Assembly (NCBI GenBank): GCA_003208875.1 | Contig: QCUR01000001.1 | Coordinates: forward strand, 288,001 to 352,000 | Length of the DNA stretch: 64,000 bases | Reading direction: 5' to 3' | Source of the DNA: Prochlorococcus sp. AG-679-M23 | GTDB taxonomy: Bacteria > Cyanobacteriota > Cyanobacteriia > PCC-6307 > Cyanobiaceae | Part shown: positions 38,360-47,399 of the stretch, piece after piece | Numbering within the stretch: the stretch's first letter is position 1 | Layout of the letters: each line of letters starts with the position of its first letter | Program-made: the position numbers and the translations under genes | Notes under the pieces: model-generated | What the model was told of the DNA's origin: nothing | The model's database searches: none | What the model saw: the letters and a program-made list of their open reading frames with translations, nothing else

Positions 38360-38497
38360 TTAAAGCCACCCTTCTTTCATTTTTAAATAAAGTTGTTCTG
38401 TTTCCGCAGAATAAATATTACTGTCTTGATATGATTGCTGCTGCTGCTGTTGTTGTTGCTGAGTAGAATCAATTTCTTGAGTTTTTACTTCGCTCAT
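38360..38497 (-). CDS. 45-aa hypothetical protein with a Q9 tract
   Basis: MSEVKTQEIDSTQQQQQQQQQSYQDSNIYSAETEQLYLKMKEGWL. Confidence 0.6.
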   Translation of the reverse strand: MSEVKTQEIDSTQQQQQQQQQSYQDSNIYSAETEQLYLKMKEGWL

Positions 38498-38620
38498 TTG
38501 ACCATTAAAAATTAGATGTGTTTATTCTCTCATATTTAAAGCTTTTTTTGTTTGTTTGAATTCTTAAATTTTATTTAAATTTATTTTAATCTAATGTGTT
38601 GCCTTTTATTCGCAGAGAAA

Positions 38621-38722
38621 TCATTTGACAGCAGTAGTTTTGGAGTATAGAAATTGAACCTCCCAATATACTATTCCAAGAAAAATTGCACTGGCAAGAA
38701 GAATTTCAGAAATTGTAAGCAT
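38621..38722 (-). CDS. 33-aa single-TM peptide
   Basis: MLTISEILLASAIFLGIVYWEVQFLYSKTTAVK. Confidence 0.55.
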   Translation of the reverse strand: MLTISEILLASAIFLGIVYWEVQFLYSKTTAVK

Positions 38723-38867
38723 GGCTTTGTCGTTAGTATTTTAATTTTCGTATCAACTGACACAGAAATCAATAGGTACTATATACATAAAAATTTTTAT
38801 ATAAATCTTAAGTGGTTAAATTAGGTCTTTGAATATTATAAAATTAAAATATATTTAAAATTCTTTC

Positions 38868-39302
38868 GTGGAAAATTCCATAAACATTTCTATCTTGATC
38901 CCCTTGATACCAATGGGTATGGCTTTACTTATATTAAGTCTGCTAGTAAGTTTCAATAGAACAATAAATAGACTTACTAAGCCAGTTAGCGCTCTTGCAG
39001 TCTTTTCTTTATTAAGTTCTGCTCTGATAAGTGCATTCTTATATTTTAAAAAAATTGAAGGCGAAGTATTTTTATCTGATTATCTAAAGTTCTTTGGAAG
39101 TACAAATTTAATACTCCACCTGAATTCTTTAACTGAAAAAATCGTAATATTTTTTGCCGTAATAATCGCAATTGTAATTGGAGTGCTCTTTTATAGATTG
39201 CCTAGGCGAAAAGGCTATGTCTCATTGATAATCGGAATTAGCTTGATTTCTTCCTCGATAATGTTTGCAGTATTTTTTCTTAATTTTTCAGTCTTAATTT
39301 AG
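38868..39302 (+). CDS. NdhF/NuoL N-terminal-like membrane protein
   Basis: LIPLIPMGMALLI...RTINRLTKP resembles the first helices of NdhF; only 144 aa. Confidence 0.6.
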   Translation: MENSINISILIPLIPMGMALLILSLLVSFNRTINRLTKPVSALAVFSLLSSALISAFLYFKKIEGEVFLSDYLKFFGSTNLILHLNSLTEKIVIFFAVIIAIVIGVLFYRLPRRKGYVSLIIGISLISSSIMFAVFFLNFSVLI

Positions 39303-39808
39303 GATTGAGTTATCATCGCTAAGGCTTCATTAAGTTCTTCAACGTGATTAAGTTCGTCTTGCGCAATTTCTTTTATCTTTTGATCTTCAGGGTGATCTAT
39401 TAGGTACTTTGTATAGGTATTAAATGCATGCTCTTCAATTTTGATATTTACGTCATAAGCATTTCTTGGAGAACAGAAATAATAAAAAACCATGATCCAG
39501 TAATAGACAAGTACAAGGTGCCTTGCTAAAAACCTGTCAATCCAAAACTTATCTCCTCCTCTTTTCTCCATTTCTTTTAGATGCTCCGTCTCATTAATGG
39601 CTTGGTAAAAATGTTCTTTCATCAAAAACATTGTGATGTCATTTTTTAATCCAAGTGATTCTTTGAAATGAAGAACAGAAAGAAAAGCAAAATAAGGAGA
39701 CCTTGCAATAACTTCTAATACCCAAAATCTCTGCAAATGCCTATCTGAATAAACAAAATCAAGGATCTTAACCGTATTGTTTAGAATAAATGAATTCAAA
39801 TTTTTCAT
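39299..39808 (-). CDS. ptox: Plastoquinol terminal oxidase (AOX family)
   Basis: RFWVLEVIARSPYFAF, NETEHL, EEHA..TY, DELNH di-iron ligands. Confidence 0.92.
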   Translation of the reverse strand: MKNLNSFILNNTVKILDFVYSDRHLQRFWVLEVIARSPYFAFLSVLHFKESLGLKNDITMFLMKEHFYQAINETEHLKEMEKRGGDKFWIDRFLARHLVLVYYWIMVFYYFCSPRNAYDVNIKIEEHAFNTYTKYLIDHPEDQKIKEIAQDELNHVEELNEALAMITQS

Positions 39809-39963
39809 AAATACTTCAATCTCTATTAATAAGTATAATTACTTAAATACTAGGCGTTTAAACTTTTAACTAATAATTAATATTTTTAAAGTTTAAGCAA
39901 ATCAAAATTAAGTATTGAAAAAAAAATTTTTTAATGCATATTTTAAATAGCTAAATTTTTTAA

Positions 39964-40104
39964 ATGACTTCAACAGAAAAGATTGCCAATGCTAAAAAAA
40001 GAATTAATGAGTTAGAAAGACTAATTAAATATTGGGATAATTCAAATGCACAAAATATCAAGAAAATTGATTTTGAAGTTAATAATGAAAAGATAGCTGC
40101 TTAA
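39964..40104 (+). CDS. 46-aa coiled-coil hypothetical protein
   Basis: MTSTEKIANAKKRINELERLIKYWDNSNAQNIKKIDFEVNNEKIAA. Confidence 0.6.
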   Translation: MTSTEKIANAKKRINELERLIKYWDNSNAQNIKKIDFEVNNEKIAA

Positions 40105-40262
40105 TTTATTAGCTTGAAATAAACTACGCTAGTTTTCTTATATATTTAGTACATTACTTACGTGTTGAATATTCATATCATTCATTTTGATTGATTAGAG
40201 CAATTAAACCTATTTTCAAAATTCAAAATTACAAATAATCTAGTTAAATATTAGATTATTTT

Positions 40263-40376
40263 ATGAATACATTTACTAACAAATACTTGTTCCCTATAAA
40301 GTTACTCCCTTGGATTTTTTGGGGTTTCATATCAGTTTTGGCTATTTATTTATTCTCTAATGCATGGATAAGTTAG
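40263..40376 (+). CDS. 37-aa single-TM peptide
   Basis: MNTFTNKYLFPIKLLPWIFWGFISVLAIYLFSNAWIS. Confidence 0.5.
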   Translation: MNTFTNKYLFPIKLLPWIFWGFISVLAIYLFSNAWIS

Positions 40377-40391
40377 AGATTTTATGATTTA

Positions 40392-40700
40392 CTAGCTCCT
40401 TTTAATCCAGTCAGGTGAACCTCCAAACCAGTCAGAAATGTCATCTTTATTTGGATTGAAATGATTCTCTCTTTCTAATCCATCAATTCCTAACGATTGA
40501 ATTAGTCCATTCATACTATCTTCGCTTTGTCTTCCATGTCTTCTGATACTATTTGCTTTTTTTAACCAAAGAGATATTGTCGAGCTGTGTTTTGCATATT
40601 TTTCAACGTATATTCTTTCTTTTAACGAAACTTCTTTATCTAAGGATATTCTTCTAACTATTTCCTGGATTTTTAATCTTTTTTGAGTACTTAAAAGCAT
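40392..40700 (-). CDS. Conserved hypothetical protein
   Basis: MLLSTQKRL...DWFGGSPDWIKRS. Confidence 0.75.
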   Translation of the reverse strand: MLLSTQKRLKIQEIVRRISLDKEVSLKERIYVEKYAKHSSTISLWLKKANSIRRHGRQSEDSMNGLIQSLGIDGLERENHFNPNKDDISDWFGGSPDWIKRS

Positions 40701-40971
40701 TAGATAATTAATAACTTAATTTTTTTATAGGAGCTTTATGGCAAAATAACTTGTCAATATTAATTTCAAGAAATTTCTCTATCTAAAGGGGTTTTTAAGG
40801 GTATTGGTTATGAATTGCTTAAATTAAGGATTAATTTGTCTTTGATGATACCAAGAAATATATAAAAATCTTATGGGATAATTGAAAAAGATAAATAATT
40901 TTAATCTTATTTTATCAAATTAAAGACTTACAAGATTGATCAGTTGCATAATGGTAGTTTTGTACTATTAT

Positions 40972-40987
40972 TAGTACAGATGTATTA
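40972..40987. promoter_or_regulatory. LexA-box-like site
   Basis: TAGTACA-GA-TGTATTA 6 nt upstream of ATG 40994; extra half-site TGTACTA at 40961. Confidence 0.7.
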
Positions 40988-40993
40988 CAAGAA

Positions 40994-41191
40994 ATGAAAA
41001 TTTTATCTTCTTCCCCCTACGCTACATTTAATCCAAAAGAGTGGAACTCATTTTCAAGAGCTAATTGTAGATTCTCTAGTACTCCAATAAAAATTAAAAA
41101 AAAGTTTTTTAGTAACTTTAAAAATGTAAAATCTACTAAAAATATACAAGAAAATAATAAGCTTCCAAAACAAATACAACTTGCCTTCTAG
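40994..41191 (+). CDS. Hypothetical protein
   Basis: 65-aa basic ORF following a LexA-like box. Confidence 0.6.
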   Translation: MKILSSSPYATFNPKEWNSFSRANCRFSSTPIKIKKKFFSNFKNVKSTKNIQENNKLPKQIQLAF

Positions 41192-41287
41192 TAATAAAAA
41201 ATTTCAACTAATATTCAGTTTTACGAAAAATATTTTAAGAATCCCTATTCTTTGTTAGATTAATAGAAATACAAAAAGGTTTTAAAT

Positions 41288-41587
41288 TTGTCTGTAGATC
41301 GCGAACTTTTGAAAGAAGTTACTCAAGAACTTTGGAATACGGTTAAAAAGCTAAGGCCAGAAATAGATAGGGAAACTCGCCTTCAACTAGTTTTAAAAGC
41401 TTTATTAACTATTGGGGATTTACCAGATCAACTACAAGCAGCAATGGTAGTAGGGGTTTGTGCCGAAATGGATAAAAGCGATATTGAAAATGCTGACGGT
41501 AATTCCAATACTAAAGAAGAGAGTAATTCTACTTCCGTTGATACTTCTACTGGAAGAAAAGTTTTTAGAAGAAGTTCTGCAAAATAA
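41288..41587 (+). CDS. Conserved hypothetical protein
   Basis: Helical 99-aa ORF with typical codon usage. Confidence 0.75.
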   Translation: MSVDRELLKEVTQELWNTVKKLRPEIDRETRLQLVLKALLTIGDLPDQLQAAMVVGVCAEMDKSDIENADGNSNTKEESNSTSVDTSTGRKVFRRSSAK

Positions 41588-41607
41588 AAGCTTCTTCTAA
41601 AAAGAAA

Positions 41608-41841
41608 TTAGCCTTTAACTTTTTTTGATTCGTTTTTAGAGATTTTTAGAAATAGAAAATATGAAATTACTAGTAAAAGTGGTACAAAGATAGAATGCAA
41701 AGTCATCATCAACTCTGTTTGACTCATTCCTATTAGATTTGAATCATTTGGTAGCTGCTCTGACCAAGTACCAGCTAAGTGCCAAGCCTGGGGAATAGAT
41801 AAGAAAAACATATAAAAACTATAAGTAAAAGTTATATTCAA
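41608..41841 (-). CDS. Hypothetical membrane protein
   Basis: C-terminal TM segment; start uncertain. Confidence 0.55.
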   Translation of the reverse strand: MNITFTYSFYMFFLSIPQAWHLAGTWSEQLPNDSNLIGMSQTELMMTLHSIFVPLLLVISYFLFLKISKNESKKVKG

Positions 41842-41925
41842 ATAAAGAATATCATCCGTAAAAAAAATTACTTTTTTTCTTCTTATTTCTTAACTAAAGA
41901 TATTTTTCAGACTTTGTCGAATGCT

Positions 41926-43458
41926 TTAAAGATCTATGGTTTTAAGAAGCTTTTTATATTCCTTCTTCCCCATGATTTTTTCAGCCGCATATGCTCCACT
42001 TGCTGAGACGGCAGGTATACCAATTCCAGGGAAAGTACTTGCTCCACAAGTAAGCAAATTTTTAACAGATGTTTTACATCCAGGGAATAGTCCTTGAGCA
42101 GCCGATAATGCTGGGCCGTAGCTACCACAATAAGTATTGGTATACTTTTTATGCGTTAAAGGAGTGCCAAGCAATTTTATCTCAATTCTATTATCTATAT
42201 CAGGTATTATTTTTCTCAAAGATTTGAGAAATATTGAACATCTTTCCTCTTTAAGTTCTTTGTAAGCTAACTCATTAGATTTTAAATTCTTCCAAATTTC
42301 CCATGGTTCATTGGCTGGAGTATACCCATGCAGGACGTGTTTACCTTTTGGTGCCATACTCTTATCTAATACAGAAGGAATTGAGAAAACTGCTACATTT
42401 CTTTCTGCAGTAATTCCTCTCTCCCAGTTATCAACGTGTATTGCATGAATTGGTAAATTTTGTAGACCAGAGGCATCAAAACCTAAATGAATATGAAGAA
42501 AAGAACCGCATTTATTAATATCTTTAGCCTTTGGGCTCCATTTTTTTTGGAATTCTTGTGGAATTAATTTTCTGGAAGTCCAAGCATCAGTATTCATTAC
42601 GACAAAGTTCGAAATAAAATTGGAACCATTTTCTAAAGTTACACCTGAGGCAATATTTTTACTAAAATTTACAGCTTCTACTTTAGAAGAAAGAATTAGT
42701 TCACCGCCATTTCTTTTGAAAGCATCAACTAGTGCCTTTACTATACTTTCACTTCCTCCCTTTGGATATTCTAAATACGATTCAGGTTTAAACCATTCAT
42801 CAAATAATGTAGCCATCGCAGCAGAATTTGTATCATGCATTGGCATCCCACTTATTAAAAAACTAAGCAAATCAACCCAGTTTCTAAGGAAAGGATCATT
42901 TAGGTGACTGTCGACAATATCCCCAAAACCACCATTTAGCTTTGGTAATGATTTTATATTAGGTAAGAATTTAGATGCTAATTTTATAATCTCTAAAAAA
43001 TTAATTGTTTCAGGTGAACTGGAGAGGAGCGGGATTTCACTTACTATTCGACTAAGAGGTCTTATCCCTGATACAAATGAATCCCACTCATTAACAGACT
43101 TTTCACCTCTTAATAATCTTATTCTTTCTTTAAATGGTTCTTGTCCTACTTCCAAATTGAATTCGCCTTCAGGGACATTGACATGCCATCCTTGATATTT
43201 AATAAGTTCAACCTTTTCGTCAAGTAATCTAAGTATTTGCCCTAAAGGATTGGTCGTAGGCCATTTTCCGATACCACTCCATAATGAAGGACCAGATTCA
43301 AACTTATAACCTCTCATATTAAAGCTATGCGCGACACCTCCTGGTTTAGAATGAGCTTCAGCTATTAGAACTTTTTTACCTGCTAGTGCTAATAAAGAAC
43401 CGCAACATAAACCTCCAATTCCACTACCTATAATTATTACGTCGTATTTATTCATCAA
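41926..43458 (-). CDS. Phytoene dehydrogenase/CrtISO-like FAD oxidoreductase
   Basis: IIGSGIGG, FESGPSL, YPKGG, GTPLTH, FPGIGIP. Confidence 0.88.
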   Translation of the reverse strand: MMNKYDVIIIGSGIGGLCCGSLLALAGKKVLIAEAHSKPGGVAHSFNMRGYKFESGPSLWSGIGKWPTTNPLGQILRLLDEKVELIKYQGWHVNVPEGEFNLEVGQEPFKERIRLLRGEKSVNEWDSFVSGIRPLSRIVSEIPLLSSSPETINFLEIIKLASKFLPNIKSLPKLNGGFGDIVDSHLNDPFLRNWVDLLSFLISGMPMHDTNSAAMATLFDEWFKPESYLEYPKGGSESIVKALVDAFKRNGGELILSSKVEAVNFSKNIASGVTLENGSNFISNFVVMNTDAWTSRKLIPQEFQKKWSPKAKDINKCGSFLHIHLGFDASGLQNLPIHAIHVDNWERGITAERNVAVFSIPSVLDKSMAPKGKHVLHGYTPANEPWEIWKNLKSNELAYKELKEERCSIFLKSLRKIIPDIDNRIEIKLLGTPLTHKKYTNTYCGSYGPALSAAQGLFPGCKTSVKNLLTCGASTFPGIGIPAVSASGAYAAEKIMGKKEYKKLLKTIDL

Positions 43459-43488
43459 AAATTAAACCCTAAGAATAAATCTTAAAGC

Positions 43489-43599
43489 TTAAACAAAAGT
43501 ATTTGTTGTTGTTGTGATACTAAGAACAACTGCAAGGAAAAATATATAAGGGACAGCCTTAAGTGGAATATGGCCTTGTCTTTTAGAAATGAAATCCAT
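43489..43599 (-). CDS. 36-aa single-TM peptide
   Basis: MDFISKRQGHIPLKAVPYIFFLAVVLSITTTTNTFV. Confidence 0.6.
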   Translation of the reverse strand: MDFISKRQGHIPLKAVPYIFFLAVVLSITTTTNTFV

Positions 43600-43752
43600 T
43601 TTTCAAATTAAGTTATGTAAAGATAATAGTTGAAATTTGTTACGAATGTGTGTCTGTACTCTACTTTCTTAGAAATATTTTGAAATAAAGAAGAAATTTT
43701 ATTTTATTTTTTTTTAAAACCTTTTTATGATGAATAAAAAATAATATTTAAA

Positions 43753-44253
43753 ATGACTCTAGAGACAAAAAAATTACCACAATACACAGAAATAAAAAAT
43801 TTAGAGAGTATTTCTAAAAAAGATGGAAGTGGTATTGAATATGAAGATTTAATAGGAACTTGGAAATTTAATTCTGTATGGAAGAAAGGCTCAAAAGAAA
43901 TAGATAATATATCTAGTTCCATTCTTCAAGTATTATCAGCAAAATTACAATTAAAGAAAACTAATTCTCAAAATAATATAGTTGATTACGAGATAAAAAA
44001 TTCAGTTAGTTTTGGGATATTATCGATTATTTTCTGTGGGCAAGCATCATTAAAAGGTCCGAGGCCTCTATTGCCCTTTTTCTTCGAGAACTTACTAATA
44101 AATCTTGGAAATTTTATCTTAGTTAATAAACCTTTAAAAAAACCAGAAGAAAAGCAAATGCCTTTTTTCTCTTTAATAGCTATCAGTAAAGAAAAAAATT
44201 GGATGTGTGCTAGAGGAAGAGGAGGAGGACTCGCAATTTGGATTAAGTCTTGA
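43753..44253 (+). CDS. Hypothetical protein (lipocalin/fibrillin-like)
   Basis: LIGTWKF and C-terminal ARGRGGGLAIW. Confidence 0.65.
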   Translation: MTLETKKLPQYTEIKNLESISKKDGSGIEYEDLIGTWKFNSVWKKGSKEIDNISSSILQVLSAKLQLKKTNSQNNIVDYEIKNSVSFGILSIIFCGQASLKGPRPLLPFFFENLLINLGNFILVNKPLKKPEEKQMPFFSLIAISKEKNWMCARGRGGGLAIWIKS

Positions 44254-44257
44254 ACTT

Positions 44258-44473
44258 TTAGTGATATTCACCAGGATGATCAACTTTTCTGACGGTAACT
44301 TTATCCACTTTTTGGCCATTAAATCTTAAAAGATCATCACCAGAGAAACTATATCCAAGTCTTTGAGCAATAAGTGCTACATCATCTGCAGTTGCAGAAG
44401 AAGTAACCTCTTTTCTTAAATTATCTTCTGACTGCATTTGTTTTAAAAATTTTCTAATTTCAGAGAAACTCAT
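44258..44473 (-). CDS. Nif11-like leader peptide family protein
   Basis: MS..EIRKFL..MQS...LR.EV......DV..IA...GYSFS.DDL. Confidence 0.75.
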   Translation of the reverse strand: MSFSEIRKFLKQMQSEDNLRKEVTSSATADDVALIAQRLGYSFSGDDLLRFNGQKVDKVTVRKVDHPGEYH

Positions 44474-44571
44474 TTTAACTTTTATGCATAATTTTATATT
44501 AAAGCCTTAGAAAAAAATTAAATTGTTTTTTGCAAAGACCAATAAAACTAAATAAACACTATATTAAATGT

Positions 44572-44892
44572 ATGACTTACTTATTTTTATATGTAGTTGG
44601 GATAGTCTTGATATGGTGGATATATCGTGTCGGTTGGGTTGAGGCTTTGAAAACAGTAATTAAAGTTTTAGTTCCTTCAATTCTTATAATTTTATTTAAT
44701 ATTAAAGCAGGAAGATTACTTTTCAAAAATCCTTTAGTTGGATTATTGAGTGCTTTACCAACTTCAATTTTTATTTATAGGGGTTCCCTTCCAGTCGTGG
44801 CATCTATTAATAACTGGATTGATACCAAAAGAAGCAAATATGAAGAATCCAAAGACGTAATTGATACCGATTCAATTCCTCTAGATGATTAA
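44572..44892 (+). CDS. Hypothetical membrane protein
   Basis: Three hydrophobic segments; start at MTYLF. Confidence 0.7.
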   Translation: MTYLFLYVVGIVLIWWIYRVGWVEALKTVIKVLVPSILIILFNIKAGRLLFKNPLVGLLSALPTSIFIYRGSLPVVASINNWIDTKRSKYEESKDVIDTDSIPLDD

Positions 44893-44901
44893 TATTTTAA
44901 G

Positions 44902-45309
44902 CTATTCAAATCCCAGAAATAATTCTTTGTGTACTACGAGAACATCAAATAAAGATGTTCCATGGGAAGGACTTATTGGAATATTATCTACATTTAATGC
45001 CTCTGCACAAATTAGATGACCATCCCATCTTGTATTATGTTCACTCATTCGGATTGACCAATCAATTACTTTTTTAAAGTGCTCAGGCATCTCAGATCCA
45101 ATTTTCCTGCATATTTGGCAAAGATTTGTAAGAAGGGGAGGTTTGGATGGCCTTTTTAAATCTTTAACAAGACTTGGTTGTGTAAATACACTGGTGTATC
45201 TGATGTAGTCAATTAATTCATAATCTTCATCTGTAAGTGCTGCTTTATTCAATGCTATTTCAAATTCTTCTATAGGGGTAATTGGCCTTTTAATTATCTC
45301 ATTTTTCAT
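44902..45309 (-). CDS. Conserved hypothetical protein
   Basis: ORF directly after tatA; start at 45309 or 45324. Confidence 0.7.
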   Translation of the reverse strand: MKNEIIKRPITPIEEFEIALNKAALTDEDYELIDYIRYTSVFTQPSLVKDLKRPSKPPLLTNLCQICRKIGSEMPEHFKKVIDWSIRMSEHNTRWDGHLICAEALNVDNIPISPSHGTSLFDVLVVHKELFLGFE

Positions 45310-45324
45310 TATCTCATTTTTCAT
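45295..45324. repeat. Perfect 15-nt tandem duplication
   Basis: TATCTCATTTTTCAT x2 across the tatA stop and the next start. Confidence 0.9.
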
Positions 45325-45604
45325 TATTATCTGATTCTGATAAATCCTTTTCCTCTGGTTCTTTAGTAACTTGATCGAGATTATTGGTAAATTTTTTCTG
45401 AGGAGATTTTGGTAAATTTTCGCTCTCTGGCTCATTAATTACTTGATCTATCTCGTTTTGAAATTCATTCGATGCTTTTTTTAAGCTTTTTAATGTTTTG
45501 CCAAGTTGTTTTCCTAATTCTGGTAATTTCTTGGGACCAAAAATTAATAGAGCTAGAATTAAAATTACTGTTACTTCTGGTAAACCTACCCCAAAGATAT
45601 TCAT
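45314..45604 (-). CDS. tatA: Twin-arginine translocase TatA/E
   Basis: MNIFGVGLPE...LLIFGPKKLPELGKQLGK. Confidence 0.93.
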   Translation of the reverse strand: MNIFGVGLPEVTVILILALLIFGPKKLPELGKQLGKTLKSLKKASNEFQNEIDQVINEPESENLPKSPQKKFTNNLDQVTKEPEEKDLSESDNNEK

Positions 45605-45696
45605 GATAGAAGTCTATTTAATTCATTATTAAAATCTATTATTAATATAATCTAATGATTTGAAAATATCATTTTATAAACTCGCTTTGTTACTCT

Positions 45697-45843
45697 TCAA
45701 AGAAGTTTATAAAAAATAATTGTAATTATTACTCCCTTAAAAAAAACTAACCAAAGTAGTTGGTAATCATTTAATTTTAATTTTTCTTGGTACCACTTAA
45801 TAAGTATTTTGTGTCTTTTAATTATTCTTTTTATTAATTTCAA
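45697..45843 (-). CDS. 48-aa hypothetical membrane peptide
   Basis: TTG start; KLIKRIIKRHKILIKWYQEKLKLNDYQLLWLVFFKGVIITIIFYKLL. Confidence 0.5.
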   Translation of the reverse strand: MKLIKRIIKRHKILIKWYQEKLKLNDYQLLWLVFFKGVIITIIFYKLL

Positions 45844-46053
45844 AATCTATTTTTTAGATAAGACTAACTTTATATAAAACTGTATAGGATGGAAATGATA
45901 AATTAATAAATTTTGATTATCAGTAAGTACAAATTTTTTAAATAAGTAATCACATTTAATCCAAATTATTTTTGGCTTTCTTATTCTTTTAAAAATTGGC
46001 TTTGCATAAATCAAACTAAATTACAAAAATGTAATTAACTTTTTTTAAATATA

Positions 46054-46293
46054 ATGAAAATCTTATTATCAGCTTTTTTCTTATTTGCCTTTATACCTCC
46101 ATCAAAGGCAGTTACTACAAAAATGTTTAAAGTATTGGATACTTGTGCTAGATATCGTCTTGGAGAGATTGATGCTAAACAAGCTATAGAAAAACTAAAA
46201 TTAAAATCTAAGAATTCTTCCGAAATCGACTTAAAAAATATTGTAAGTAATTACTGTTCTGTATTTACCCCAAATGAAAATATAAAATTCTAA
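46054..46293 (+). CDS. Exported hypothetical protein
   Basis: Signal peptide, two Cys. Confidence 0.65.
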   Translation: MKILLSAFFLFAFIPPSKAVTTKMFKVLDTCARYRLGEIDAKQAIEKLKLKSKNSSEIDLKNIVSNYCSVFTPNENIKF

Positions 46294-46311
46294 AAATTAT
46301 TTTTAGAGATC

Positions 46312-46449
46312 TTAAATTTTTTTATTCCAACTATAATTTTTTAATTTTTCTTTTATTTCATTTACTCTCTTATTGTTAGTGATTTTTAAATTAAAAAGTA
46401 TTCCCAAAAAAAGAATGAGAAATAAAAAACTATATATGGCAAATTCCAT
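46312..46449 (-). CDS. 45-aa single-TM peptide
   Basis: MEFAIYSFLFLILFLGILFNLKITNNKRVNEIKEKLKNYSWNKKI. Confidence 0.45.
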   Translation of the reverse strand: MEFAIYSFLFLILFLGILFNLKITNNKRVNEIKEKLKNYSWNKKI

Positions 46450-46599
46450 AAGAATAGATATATTCAACAACATTAGTAAATTAGAGGAATCTTTTAGTAT
46501 CTTTTAGAACAATGTTTGAAAAATTTATCTAAAACTTTGTTGTTTTTGGTCACAGAAAAATAATTATTGCTTCTAAGATGGAGTTTTATATAAACTGTT

Positions 46600-47049
46600 T
46601 TGCAGATTGGAGATAAAGTACCACAATTTTCTTTACTAGATCAGAATGGCACTAAAAGGTCAAATAATGGATTAAAAACTCCCTTAGTTTTGTTTTTCTA
46701 TCCAAAGGACGACACCCCGGGATGCACTATAGAGGTTTGCGGATTTAGAGACAAGTATGACCTTTTTAAAGTCCTTGGTGCTCAAGTTTGGGGGGTAAGT
46801 AATGGTAGTTCTTCAAGCCACTTGGCATTTGCTAACAAAAATAAATTACAATATCCTTTGTTATGTGATAAAAATGATTCACTAAGAAAAGCTTTCAAGG
46901 TACCCAAAGTACTTGGTTTATTAGATGGAAGAGTTACCTATGTTATTGATAGAAATGGGTTTATTAAACATATCTTTCGAGATTTGTTGAATGGGCCAGA
47001 ACATATAAAAGAGGCAATAAGAGTCTTAAAGGAAATTCAAAATCAGTAA
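46600..47049 (+). CDS. bcp: Peroxiredoxin Q / BCP
   Basis: FFYPKDDTPGCTIEVCGFRD, GRVTYVID. Confidence 0.93.
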   Translation: MQIGDKVPQFSLLDQNGTKRSNNGLKTPLVLFFYPKDDTPGCTIEVCGFRDKYDLFKVLGAQVWGVSNGSSSSHLAFANKNKLQYPLLCDKNDSLRKAFKVPKVLGLLDGRVTYVIDRNGFIKHIFRDLLNGPEHIKEAIRVLKEIQNQ

Positions 47050-47093
47050 ATTAATTATTCAAACCCTTAGAAATTAATATCTTTTCTTATAGG

Positions 47094-47396
47094 ATGTTTT
47101 CTATTAATAAATCAAACTTTATGAAAAAAATAGGGATGCAAGCAGTTGATGAAGCAATTGAAAATGGTATTGACCTAGATGGGACACCAATCCCCTCAAA
47201 AATGCTTGAGCTTTACAACAGGATTATGAACGAAGAAAACAAAAGAGAAAGAAGCGGAGTTAAAAAGTCAATGAGAAATAGATGTGTAAAAACAGGTTCC
47301 AAGCATTTTGATAAAGAAACTCTAGATCAATTATTAATTGATTCTGGTTGGGAAGGCCTCAAAGAAAAAGAAATTTTATTTTTCTACAGTAATTAA
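47094..47396 (+). CDS. Conserved cyanobacterial hypothetical protein (DUF4090-like)
   Basis: AI..GIDLDG.PIP..ML.LY...M..E..R.RSGV..SMRNR. Confidence 0.75.
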   Translation: MFSINKSNFMKKIGMQAVDEAIENGIDLDGTPIPSKMLELYNRIMNEENKRERSGVKKSMRNRCVKTGSKHFDKETLDQLLIDSGWEGLKEKEILFFYSN

Positions 47397-47399
47397 AGT

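Noticed and set aside
45325..45435. Long N-terminus of ORF 44902..45435
   Set aside because: Overlaps tatA out of frame; the start is more likely 45324 or 45309
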